50,048 bases of DNA. Source: Girardia tigrina. Lineage: Eukaryota. Below, one piece after another: positions 38,021 to 50,048 of the stretch. How positions within the stretch are numbered: the stretch's first letter is position 1; the number at the start of each line of letters is the position of its first letter. Location: assembly GCA_001938485.1 (NCBI GenBank), contig MQRK01240330.1, positions 1 through 50,048 of the forward strand, written 5' to 3'. The notes under the pieces are model-generated. The model made no database searches. It was not told where the DNA came from and saw only the letters and a list, made by a program, of their open reading frames with translations. Both the position numbers and the translations under genes were made by a program.

Positions 38021-41000
38021 CATGGACCCCTGTATAATAGCATCTGGACTAACAACCACTTCAAATATTTTTTCGCTTTAGACAACATGAGGCCTATAGA
38101 TATGAAGCATATAAATACGTTTTCAACTACTTGTTCAATCTCATATTTAAAAGTACAAACAGATGTGTGTGTTATCATTCTTGAGTGAGTCATTCTCATT
38201 GAAAACCTCTGTGTGTGTATGTGTGTGAACTATGATATGATGAATCAGTCTAGAGTCCTCAGGTATAAGGGTCGGTGCGTGAGGCCTCTTCTCATTTGTT
38301 GATGGAAATTGTACGAAAAAGCCTCATTGTTTTCTCTCATTTTCACATCACATGGGTTTTAAGTGTGCAGCTCCTGGCTGTAAAACAGGTTNNNNNNNNN
38401 NNNNNNNNNNNNNNNNNNNNNNNNNNNNNNNNNNNNNNNNNNNNNNNNNNNNNNNNNNNNNNNNNNNNNNNNNNNNNNNNNNNNNNNNNNNNNNNNNNNN
38501 NNNNNNNNNNNNNNNNNNNNNNNNNNNNNNNNNNNNNNNNNNNNNNNNNNNNNNNNNNNNNNNNNNNNNNNNNTACAAATTCTGATCGGAAGAATAAAAG
38601 ACCAAGAAAGTTATTGAAAAGGTAAGTTATTTCTTTGTAAAATACCTTTTCTATTACTGTGTTCATTGTTATTGAATGATTGCTGTTTTAGATATTTGAA
38701 AGATGATTCGTTTCCATCCAAGTTCCCTGATCTTCCATCGTATTATACATCACAATTGCCTCCCTGCCGACAGTCAAACTCAACGTTTGAGGAGAGATAT
38801 TTACGTGAAGTGCAGAGTAATGATGATGTCTATCAGGAATTCGTGAATAACGACAAAATCCATTCCCTTGAAGAGCTCCACAGGAAATTAATGGAAGAGC
38901 AACATCAAATATGATTCCTCCTTGCTACTCTGCATCATTTCGAGCGTGGAGGATATTCCTAAAATTGATGCTTCAATCCAAGTGCAAAATGATCGATCAG
39001 TGTCAGTGGTTATTTACTCTGCTTCTGTTCCATTTTCTCGATATCAACATTTATTATCTAAGAGAAAACTTGTATATTTCAGCCAAGTTCTGAACCTCAT
39101 GTCTCTTATTAATTCATGGTTGAGTGACAATCCTTCCTCAAATACCAACTGTCATTGGGTCGATATAGCCATTCAATGCTTGCTGAGGCAGTGTGAGAAT
39201 GTTCCCGATTCCTCTGACAACATTGAAGGAGAAACCAATCTTCGTCAACTTGAATTTCAAATCGAGCAGCTGAGACTTTTACAATCCAGCAAACATGCCC
39301 GCCGATACTCTCCCGCTATCATTGTTTTGTCCTACACTTTATTTTCAACGAGTTCATCGTGCTACAGTGTTTTGCTTCATCAGAATATCTTGTGTCTTCC
39401 TTCCATCAATACTCTCCGAAAATTATCTCAAGGAGTTGAAATGAAGAGCGGTGAATCCAATAAGCTATACTTTCAAAGGAGACTCGCCACATTGAATGAA
39501 CAACAGCGGTATGTTACTCTCATTATTGACGAGATTTACATAGCCAGCAAGTTAGAATATTGCGGTGGAAAATTCGTTGGCTTCANNNNNNNNNNNNNNN
39601 NNNNNNNNNNNNNNNNNNTCAGTTTCATGATTTCATCAATAGCTGGTGACTACAGAGATATCGTATCCCTGTTTCCTGTCAGAAAATTGAACACTGATTT
39701 CCTTCATGAAAAATTCCTATCCACAATGCAATTTATTTATTCCATTGGATTCCGAGTTCTCATTGTTTGTGTGGATAATTATTCTGTTAATCGTGCCTTT
39801 TACATCAACAAACTCTGCAATGATACTCTTCAGTCATCCATACCCAATCCATGTGATCCTGATTCTCCTCTATATTTGACTTTTGACACTACCCACAATG
39901 TAAAAAATATTTACAACAATTTCCAATCTAAGAAAGTTTTTGTGTGTCCTCCGTTTTCTCCACAATCATCATCGTTCACTGCCAACTTTCAACATATCGA
40001 AGAGCTCTATTATCTTGAAAGAGACAAATCCGTTAAAATTGCCCATAAATTACGTGCAGCATCTCTGAATCCAACCAACCTTCAGAGGACATCCGTCAAA
40101 CATTCTGCCAGTGTTTTTTGTGAATCAACGGCTCAAGGACTCTCNNNNNNNNNNNNNNNNNNNNNNNNNNNNNNNNGTGGTACTGCCGAATTCCTGCAAA
40201 CGATCATCAAGTATTGGAGCATTCTGAATGTAAGAACACCCTTCATCGGAAAACACAAGCGGGATTTGTATCGTGATCCTATTCGCTCCTCGGCTGATTG
40301 GAAGGCTCCTTTATCTAACTGAATTCCTGGAATTTCTGAGAAAGTGGCAATTCTCACAACAACCATGTTTAACTAAACAGACTTTTACGACTGTTGCACA
40401 CTCCACGCAAGGCTAATCCACGTTGTTCAATATCTACTGGACAGACTCGGCTTCAATTACGTCCTGCCTGGTTCCATTCAATCAGATCCTTTAGAAGAAA
40501 GGATTGGCTGGTACAGAAAGCTCGCTGGTGGTAATTATTATCTGTCCTTGCGCCAGGTTTTGGAGACAGAGAGAAAAATAAAAATGCTGTCTCTTTTGAA
40601 ATTCTGTGGATTGCTTGATAGTCATGTCGCTGAGGGAGACGAACAACCATTCGGAAATGCTGCCACTGTGCAACAAATTGTATCCTCTCTGACATTTGAC
40701 ACAGCACCGTCCTATTCAGACGCCTGTGCTCTATTCTATATATTACAAAAACCATTCTTCACAGACGTGAATGCAGCAGCTGTGAGCAGTTGCTGAAAAG
40801 TAATAACTCTGTCAACCACGAGCTGGAATCTGATGAATTGTCAGAGAATACTTCTGATTTGTTGACATCACTTAACAGAGGAGGTCTCACCTATCCTTCG
40901 GACTATCTGTTTCTCCTCTGTATCAAATGTTGGAATGTTTTCTCTGAAATAAAACAGAAAACAAACCTGACAAAAATGCTTCTTCATTCTTCTTCCAGTC

Positions 41001-41436
41001 GCTCTATGTTCACGGAAATTATGAAACTGGTGCTAGAAAACTACACTGAAATATATTTTCTCGGCTGCGAAAATGGTCACGATCTTCTGTCACAGATTTC
41101 ACGCAGTATGTTCAACATCATGGCAAAAAATACAGTAGCAGACACCAATTCAACATCTGCATGCTCCTCAAATTTGAGAAAAGTTATTAAATTCAATTCC
41201 TAATATGTATAATAATTGTACCTAATTATTGTAATTTGTTCTGTATAGTGTATATAATATTTTATTTGTGATTACAAATCACTGTCTGCATTGGTGATTT
41301 GGTGGAAAATTTGACTTTCATTGAGGAAGACAAGATTATATATTTGGCACATATATTGTCATTACAGAGCGTAGGCCTCAGTTGTCTAACACGATATTCA
41401 GTTGTTAGTCCAGATGCTATTATACAGGGGTCCATG
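38021..41436 (+). mobile_element. Full-length P-element-superfamily (THAP) DNA transposon
   Basis: Perfect 36-bp TIRs catggacccctgtataatagcatctggactaacaac; exact 8-bp TSD gcaatcac (38013-38020, 41437-41444). Confidence 0.95.
38352..41203 (+). pseudogene. THAP-domain P-element transposase, frameshifted
   Basis: THAP start MGFKCAAPGC; intron 38622-38691 (gtaagt...tttag) joins to YLKDDSFPSKF; catalytic motifs LIIDEIYI, VCVDN, FDTTHNVKN and QSDPLEE. Frame breaks near 38915, 40310-40420 and 40745. Confidence 0.88.
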
Positions 41437-41444
41437 GCAATCAC

Positions 41445-43115
41445 TTACGTAAGTCCAATCGAAAACTCTTAACAAATTAGTTGAGAGTGCTGTTTGAACA
41501 TTGATTTTAGGATCGCATGATCTTATCAACAATGTTTCACATGACACTCTCTCCCAATAATTTTTAAAATACTTGCACAAAATCTAAAAATCATTTATAT
41601 TACATTTACACGTTTTTTATGCTCAGTAACATTACTCTTTCCCCCTTTTTGACTGTGTTCTTGGACTCGTTTGCAGAGATGACGGGCAGTCTCTCCGATG
41701 TATGTGGCATTGTACCCATTACATGTGTATTGATAAACAATGTCCGAACACAATCCTAAAGGATTATGTGATTTATTGCAAAACATATTCTCAACTTTAA
41801 ATGATTGAGAAATAATTTTTAAATTTAAAATGTTATCTGTTGATTTCAAGATCGAATTCCTGAGGTGTTTAAAACCCTCGGAGTAAGGTAAGCTTAGAGT
41901 ATACCCAGGTGTAAAGCAGTTTTCAATGTTTAAACTATTAATTTTTTCATTTTTGATTTTTTCTTTTTCGATTATTTTATCTACAGTCTCACGAGTGAGT
42001 CTGTCTATGATGGACTTAGAGTAACCGTTATTATTCAATAACTTGCTCAATGTATCAATACTTTTAATAGATTTTGAAAACGTGGAAGAAAGAGACCAAA
42101 AGCGGTATAACAAACCTTTGATCATATTCCTTTTATATTTAAACTCACAAAAACTGTTTATGGAGGTGTACAAACCAGTATCAGTTTTTTTTCGATATAT
42201 TTCAGTTTCATAATGATCATTTTTCCTTTCAATTAACAAATCAAGGAATGGTAATTTTCCGGTTATTTCCTGTTCTACTGTAAAGATTATATTAGGATGA
42301 ATCGAATTCATGTAATCTAGAAAAGGAAACACATGTTCTCGAGATTCAAAGACTAGAAAGATATCATCCACATATCTCTTATAAAGTAGTGGTTTTTTCC
42401 CCAAAAACAGTTCTAATTTTTCTTCAATGGAAGAAAGAAATATAGAGGCTAACGTCGGAGCCAATGGTGAACCCATCTATTTGTTTGTACCATTCACCAT
42501 TAAATAGAAAATGGACATTTGAAGTAGCAAATGTTAAGAGTTTCTCGAAAAGCAACTTCATCTAAATCAGAATTGTCCAGATTATTCTTACGCCAAAGTT
42601 CACAACATAATTCGATGGTTTCCTGTAACGGAACATTAGTAAATAGACTCGATACATCAAAGGAAACCATAAAATCATTTTCAGTTCGTATTTCAAAATT
42701 AGCAATGGAATTCACAAACTCAAAACTGTCCTTACAAATAAAATCATTAGGAATGAAATATTTTATCTTCGTATCTAGATATTTAGCAATATTGTACTGA
42801 GATGTACGGATCATAGATAAAACCCGTCGCATTGGAACTCCATCTTTATGTACTTTAGGAAGACCGTATAATTTTGCTGGTTGAGAACCAGACACATGAA
42901 GTAAGTCAATAACATCCTTCGTAATGTGTCTTAAAAGGTTTTTTAACAACGAGAACAAGTATTCTTCATCTTTCATTGGAGGTAATTTTCCATTTTTTCT
43001 AAATTTATCAATTTTAAGAAATTGTGGGCAATTTAAAACATTATTCATTTTATTTATGTATTCTAAATTATCCAAGATAAAAAATCCATTACCTTTATCA
43101 AATTTACTAACTCTG
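41445..43115 (-). mobile_element. Penelope-like retroelement (RT + GIY-YIG), 5'-truncated and frameshifted
   Basis: ORFs 42500..43075 and 41595..42476: LYGLPKVHK, SFDVSSLFTNVP, MGSPLAP, RYVDDIF, LPFLD, VYQYTC...YIGET. Confidence 0.95.
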
Positions 43116-43196
43116 ATATCTTTTTTTTATTATTCAATTCATTGTTATTTTTATTTTTATTATTCTTATTTTTACTATTATCATTATTATCTATAT

Positions 43197-43244
<48 letters not shown>

Positions 43245-43831
43245 CATATAGTTTTGCTCGTTCTGTCCCTTTTTGGACAGTGCAGCACACCCCCTGGCCT
43301 CAGAATTCTTCACATTTGATTTGAGATTGGTTTTGAAACAATCGTCGGTTTTCGCAACGTGACTGAGTCTTTGCTTCCGCATCACAATATCGCGTCCGTC
43401 GCACATTATCCACGTTAAGATTGCATTTATTTTCGTCGCTTCGATGAGTGATAATTGTTAAATCAAGTGGTTCAATTGTTCACTAGAGTAACTATTCAAG
43501 TACTTTAAGCCTTTAATTTCGATATCTCTGAAATGACTAATTTGGTTTATTATGACATCGATGTAGTTTCCAATTTGATCGGCACTTTTGCTCGCTCTTG
43601 CGACCATTCGATGCTTAAACGGGTGGAGTTTATCACACCAAAACGATCGGATATAATTTACAAATATCAAAAACGATTCAGTCCTACTGCAATAAAGCAT
43701 TATTTCAATTTTGATATTCATTATAAAAAATCGATTCATAATAATTTTTATTTAATATAAAATCATAATAACTGCGGAGTTACCGCGAAATTATTAAAAC
43801 AATTTTAAACATATTCAAAAAATGATAATTA

Positions 43832-43863
<32 letters not shown>

Positions 43864-44249
43864 NNNNNNNNNNNNNNNNNNNNNNNNNNNNNNNNNNNNN
43901 NNNNNNNNNNNNNNNNNNNNNNNNNNNNNNNNNNNNNNNNNNNNNNNNNNNNNNNNNNNNNNNNNNNNNNNNNNNNNNNNNNNNNNNNNNNNNNNNNNNN
44001 NNNNNNNNNNNNNNNNNNNNNNNNNNNNNNNNNNNNNNNNNNNNNNNNNNNNNNNNNNNNNNNNNNNNNNNNNNNNNNNNNNNNNNNNNNNNNNNNNNNN
44101 NNNNNNNNATATATATGTGTGTATGTACAATTTTAATATTAAAATTAAATTAACCTATTTTTTTCTTACTTTTATGGATAATAGTTTTTAAAAGAAAAAA
44201 AATATTTAAAGCAAAAATTTATTTAAAAACGAAACCGAACACTCAATCA

Positions 44250-44630
44250 GCTGGTTGAGACTGCCGATTGAACATTGCTTTTATGGACAGGCGACCTAAT
44301 TACACTTTAGGTCGCCTTCACGTTACACTCTCTCCAAATAACTATCAATATGTTTACACAGAATTTTGAAATTCTCAATATTAACATCACATTTACATTT
44401 TTTCCTATGTTCTGCAATATTGTTCTTATCCTCATTTCGACTATGTTCTTGAATTTGTTTAAAGGTAAAAATATGTTCATTAATAAATATCTTACACCTT
44501 TAACATTTTTTTCTGATATATAAATGAAATGGTTGCAATGTCACTACTGCAAATCCTTTTTGGAAACGAATTCAAGAACATGGTCACACAGAAGGTAAGA
44601 ACAATATTGTAGAACATAAGAAAACATTTT
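44250..44630. mobile_element. Penelope GIY-YIG fragments in opposite orientations
   Basis: 44260-44455 is minus (matches 4580-4740); 44565-44625 is plus (KRIQEHGHTEGKNNIVEHK). Confidence 0.7.
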
Positions 44631-46196
44631 CATCCGGATTGAAGCTTATCAATATTTATTTAAATTAGTGGATAACCTGCGGGTAATACAATGGAAAAAG
44701 ACGATTTTTCGAAAACAATTATGGGTGTAGGTTATACATTATTTATTATTTACATTACATTATTATTTTTAAAAGGAATTTAATGATCAAAAATTGAGGT
44801 GCGGGTTATAAACGGGTGTGGGTTATCCGCAGTAATTTAGGGAACTAAAATTTTAATCTTGCCAGCACAAGGATTAAGTATATTTTAATTCTATTCTGTC
44901 CTAACTAGGATTTTCTATTCTGTTGAATCTAAAATTATAAACAAAATTATTCTTTTCAGCTGTTTGAAAATATTACAGTCTAATTGGTCAAATAGAGAGC
45001 TCTGATATTTCTCCTCTGGTACTAAACTTGTTTTGGATGAAATACGAAGCTCTCAACCTTCATTTAGATGAGGAGAATCTTTTGGGATGCTTGGTTTCAT
45101 TTGAATGTTGAGCATAAAACATATAACGAAAAGACAAGCTTTCTAGTTTTTTTAAATCTTTCTAGGGTTCTAAGATCATGAATTAGAGTGCAAAACTAAA
45201 CACATTGAAGAGACTACAAGTATTTGAAATGAATTTATCTTCAAAGAAGGGGGACATCACAACAAAACAGGGTACCTACAAGAGAAAAACTGATAAAGTT
45301 TGAAAAATTATTTTTCACAAGCTTATTAAAAACAAGCTTATTTATTATTAAAAGCTGATGAAAAATTAATTTTGTAATTTAATATGCACAATTTTGTTCA
45401 AAAGAAATTATGTCAACAATGATATTTTATTTAAAGACAAAATAAATAAATTATTTTGAGAGCAAGTAAATATTTTCCCAATCAAATAAAAATATTGATA
45501 AATTATATTTTTCCTCATTGTCGGATTGAATGGAAATAGATTTATGTGGAATTTTATTTTATTGCAACATTTTTTTTCCAGAAAAAGGAAAATAAATAAT
45601 TATTTACAACATTGAGTGTTATATTTCCAATTTATTCTGATAAAATCTAAAATTATTTTCCAGAAAATTAAGATTATTCGAAAAAAATATATAAATTGAA
45701 ATAAATTTTTATTTTACTTAAATATCTTTTGTTGTCACTTAATATTATCAAGAGAAAATATTTCTTTCTAAAATTATATTATAAAAATATCTCAACGGAA
45801 TATGTTAAAGACTTTATAATTTAATATTTTTATAATCTTTTTGTTTTAATTACTAAGATTAGGGCTTCAATTTTCTAAAAAATATTTCTACTGATAGATA
45901 ATTTTGTAATTAAAGTTTTCCGAAATCAAAATTAATCTGTCAATTTTATAAAAGAAAAAAATTCTTTTAATCATCACAAAATATTTAAAAAGTAAAATAA
46001 AATTTAAATATATTTTTCATTTTAAAAAATTTTCTAGCGATTTAAAATAATATAAAATATAATAAATTATAATATTTACATAAATTTACATATAAATTTG
46101 ATTTTATTGAAGGAAAAAATATAAAAATTACAAAATAAAATTAAATATTTAATATTGAGGATGTTTTATTTTTCTAATTTTGTATATTAATTAATG

Positions 46197-46558
46197 TTTT
46201 TTATAAGCTTTTATTACGTTTCATTTGTCTGTCTGTCTGGATGCATCAAATCTTGCGATCGAAAATTCACCCACTTCCCGTTCACCTGGCGACATGAAAC
46301 TTTCAGGACTGATGTATTCTAGGTGACAATACACTTTTTCACTGTCACTGCAAAAAAGTAATTAGTGTCGTTCTCATGTTTTCCTCGGTAGTAGGCTTTG
46401 AAATTTTCTACATCTAAATGCAAATAGAAAGCGGGTTTTGGCCTAGTAGACATTGATAATTCAGTCAAAAAAATGTGGGAAGTGGGTGAAATAGATACAG
46501 AACGCAAATATATGACAAATTATAAAAGCTTGTAAACCAAAAATTTTTTTGGTATGAT
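46197..46558 (+). mobile_element. Second copy of the HINE-like element
   Basis: Reverse complement of 11732-12119 with an internal deletion of about 25 bp. Confidence 0.75.
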
Positions 46559-47079
46559 ATTTTATTGGATTTTCGTAATTATTTTGCATTTTGTTCAAAA
46601 TTTTTATTAATTGAAAATTAATACAACTGATAATAAAATTGACTAAAAATTCGGAAATAAAAATAAATCACGAAATATTAGAAACAACTTTAATAAAACT
46701 TTAGCAAATGTTTTGATAAATCCACTTTTTGATGTTGTGTCACTTGTTTTTCTGTTTTACATTTTCTATATATTCTTTAATAAGAAATTTTAAAAATGAA
46801 AGATAACTATGAACCTTCAATTCTGTAGTGAAACTAAATGTTTTTTTGAATAAAATATATTAGAACCTTGTCTTAGAAAATAAAAAATATGTAAACCACA
46901 TACCTTTAATATACAGATGGTTGTTCTTCCAATAATCTTCATTATGTTCAAGGAACTACACGAAGAATAAATCCTCAGTTGGATCCAGTAAAAAACCCAT
47001 TGCTATTCATTGAAGAGAAATAAATACAAGAGATGAAAATATTTCTTGTGTTCAGAGTCTGCTTTTTTGTGCGTAATTT

Positions 47080-48240
47080 TAAAAGTAATATATTAAAACG
47101 CTTGTTTTGTTTGCAAGAACGAGAGGACAAGTTTGTCAATCGAGAAATCCAAAATAAGTTGGAGGTTGAAGTTGAAATATGGGTTCAAGAAGGTTGGTTG
47201 CAAGCTTAATGAGTGGTGCAGAGGATTTATTCCGTTAATGGCCGCTCTACAGCACATTAAGGGCAAGGTTTAGCGAGTGATGGATTCTCGGGAGTTGAAC
47301 TAATTCCTTTCAAGTCATTCGGCGTCCAGTGATGTTTGTAACGAAAAACTTAGGACATAGCGTCAAATGAAGACAAACCTCTGCAAAATTAATTTTAAGG
47401 ACGTGTATGTGTTGTGAGGGATATTGGAATGATGCTTGAATGATGTTGAGTGATTGTTGAATGAGTTTTATAGTATGTTTGATACTAGTTAGTGTTTGGA
47501 GTATGACATCTCTCCCTAGACAATTAAAGTCAATTATTATCGAATTTAAACATTTATACTACTAATTGTATAATAAATTAATTGTTATTTAACAATTAAT
47601 TAAAAATACAATTGTTTTAATCATTGCAGATTTTGGTAAATTTTTGAAGAATCAATTGAAGAAACAAGCCCAGACGCTGATTACAGACCATATTAATCTT
47701 AATAAATCTTGTAATAAGACTTCGGCTGTTAGTATCCTTAATATATGTAGTTACACGTGTCCCGAGAGTTGTGGAACTGCCAGGTCGTGCCATATTACGA
47801 GAAGGAAGTAGTTTAGTTATTGACGTGTGTCTGAAGTTGAATGACGCAATAGAAGAAGATAATTGTTGGCTAAGGAAGGAAGATGACATGTATCGCATCA
47901 ATTTGGTTGAATATGAGGCCGTACTAAATAGAGTTAACATGGCACTGGCATGTAGTTTGAAAGATATCAAAATCATGTGAAACTTCAAAATGGTTTGTTC
48001 GTGGGTGAGGTCAATAATTTTAGGAGATAGACATGTTCAACTACACGGACTATCAGAAGCGCTAGTAAAGCAGCGGCACTTTTTCTGGAGAAACTATGAA
48101 CTCGATGCTCTGACCAGGCTTCCTTAAAATGGTGAAAAGTGTCCCAAAGATGTTTGCTGACAGGAAATGCCGAAATTGCACCAACTCTCGAGGATGTAAA
48201 TGCAGTTTACGCAATTAACCACTGCAGCGTTGATAGAACG
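47080..48240 (+). mobile_element. Decayed LTR-retrotransposon pol fragments
   Basis: RT start FIPLMAALQHIKGKV*RVMDSRELN; RNase H-like IEEDNCWLRKEDD...INLVEYEAVL; integrase zinc-finger-like NHCSVDRT; interrupted by AT-rich sequence at ~47410-47750. Confidence 0.65.
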
Positions 48241-48689
48241 GTTTTCTCAAAAATTGACAAAAGTTTAATAATAATTTATTAAATAAATGAATATTCTCAT
48301 TGAAAAAAAATACAGATTACTCTAATCAAAGATCTAATGATGATAATGAAAGATGGAATCTGTATTAAAAAAATAAACAAAAAAACTCCCAAAAATATGC
48401 AGACAGAGCAAAGATAAATTTTATATTATGGATTTCTTATTTTGAATACATTCTTAAGTTCTAAAAAACATTTTCTACAATTTGATATGTAAAACATACA
48501 TAAAAATAAATTTGGAATTTGTTAATTTCACTTCTCAGCTCTGAATTTTGAGTAGTTTTATACTCAGCAGCTGCCTTCAAAATCATCTCGCCTCACTTCT
48601 TTCTATCCGGATCTCCGTGAAAGTACTTAGGCTGCATCCCGTTTTCACTAAGCCAGTGAAAATAATAATATTTTTTTCAGTATTTTCTT

Positions 48690-49290
48690 CTTTTAATACA
48701 AACAATCATTAAAATTCCATATTCTGAAGGATTTAGAGCGTTTCAGAAGATTATTTATAGAACAATAAGTAGTGCCAAGGTTGGCTCTGTCACGTCCAAA
48801 GTTCAAAGTTTCCTCTCAAACAAATCGAAAACAGTTTGTGATTTGCAAGCTAATCTGGTATATAAATTTAATTGTCACGGGTGTCAAAACTCGTACATCG
48901 GAGAGACAAATCGTCATCTCAAAACCCGGATTAGCAAGCAATCGCAAATGAGTCGATCGAGTTGTTGTAAGGATAGAACCTTATTCATTTCAAAAGATGA
49001 GTTTTCTGTTCTACGAAATGGATTTGATTCACATTACGAACGACGGTTTTGTGAATCTCTACTAATAAGACACTACAACCCATCAATTAACATTCAGAAT
49101 GGGCAAAGTAAGGTTATTTCAATACTTAAAATTTTTAATTAAAATATTTTCGCCATTATTACCCAATAATACTTTAATAAATAATAATATTTATTTCGTA
49201 ATATACTTTTTAAAGTTAATGTATCTATTAAAATTGTATTAAAATTGATGATGATGATGTATATAAACATCTAAACATGTTTATTAATTA
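48690..49290 (+). mobile_element. Penelope 3' fragment (GIY-YIG) with a decayed hammerhead motif
   Basis: ORF 48843..49142 NLVYKFNCHGCQNSYIGETNRHLKTRI...ESLLIRHYNPSINIQ; tgatga-t-gatgt-atataa-acatc-taaa-catg near 49250-49280. Confidence 0.88.
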
Positions 49291-49367
49291 TATAAAAAAA
49301 AGCTTTAATCAAATTATATTTTCAAAATATTAAACTTGCGTTCACAAGACTCAATATTATAAATATA

Positions 49368-49764
49368 CACTCAGGTGCAAAAGTTTGTAAACGCTTGTTG
49401 TTAAATTGTCTTTTGCACCCAACTGCAATTATATTGAAAAAAGCACACCAAAATAATTTTTTACAATAGTCTGGTGACACTTTTTGAGTCCAAACAGTTT
49501 CCACTGCTTTGATCATGTCCTGCAGGGAATTTGGGTGTATGAAAGCAACCTATTTCTTAATCTGGGTCCAAGTATTCTCATTCGGATTGAGATCCGGTGA
49601 GTTGCCTGGTCAAGGACCAAGAATTTGGAAGCCTGACTGGGCTAATCCCTCTCGAACATTGTGGCAAGGTGCTCCACCATGCTGAAAGAAGGTCGTTCTG
49701 TGTAACTCTAGCAGTGTAAAAAGCAGTATAGAAACAAGTGTTTACAAACTTTTGCACCTGACTG
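49368..49764 (-). mobile_element. Internally deleted Tc1 element
   Basis: TIRs cactcaggtgcaaaagtttgtaaac / gtttacaaacttttgcacctgactg with TA flanks; minus-strand FQHGGAPCH and PGNSPDLNPNEN. Confidence 0.9.
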
Positions 49765-50048
49765 TATATATACTAAAACTTTATTAGACTTTTATTGAAG
49801 CAAATATTAAGTAAGCTTATTCCATCTTATGTGACATGAACGAATAACTGCGGTACAAATGAGAAAAGAAAACAAGAGAAGAGAGTTTAAGTATGTGAAA
49901 ATCAAAGAGTATCGCGAGTAAGAGCAAAAATTTTGATCGTTATCAATTAAGGTGTGTCCACTAAAAAAGTGCACAAGTTTTAAAACCATCATAACTTTTT
50001 AATGTAATTGTTGCGGTCGGGAAATGAAATGAAAAAAAAAAAAAAAAA

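Noticed and set aside
38352-41203. Domesticated THAP9-like host gene
   Set aside because: Perfect TIRs, TSD and frameshifts show a transposon copy.
43063-44136. ORFs with YIYIYI runs
   Set aside because: Translations of (TA)n microsatellites and gaps.

Overview
AT-rich eukaryotic (animal) genomic window with assembly gaps. It holds one clear host gene, a three-exon NK6-class homeobox gene (Nkx6) on the minus strand: 15901-15523, 14917-14739, 11195-10938; 271 aa; eh1 motif plus homeodomain; GT-AG phases agree. Most of the rest is nested, largely decayed transposable elements: at least seven Penelope-like (RT + GIY-YIG) pieces, several with minimal hammerhead-ribozyme motifs; a THAP/P-element with perfect 36-bp TIRs and an 8-bp TSD inside a Penelope copy; mariner/Tc1, hAT, Helitron/Helentron-like and MITE elements; a probable solo LTR; and LTR-retrotransposon remnants. 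Two things are not explained by these annotations. (1) Two paralogous pre-miRNA-like hairpins at about 34.5 and 35.1 kb lie downstream of a candidate TATA/Inr promoter and a 12-bp repeat array. (2) A 408-bp GC-rich, hairpin-dense, tail-less insertion with a 13-bp TSD sits inside a Penelope endonuclease remnant. All calls were made by eye; no searches or folding programs were run.
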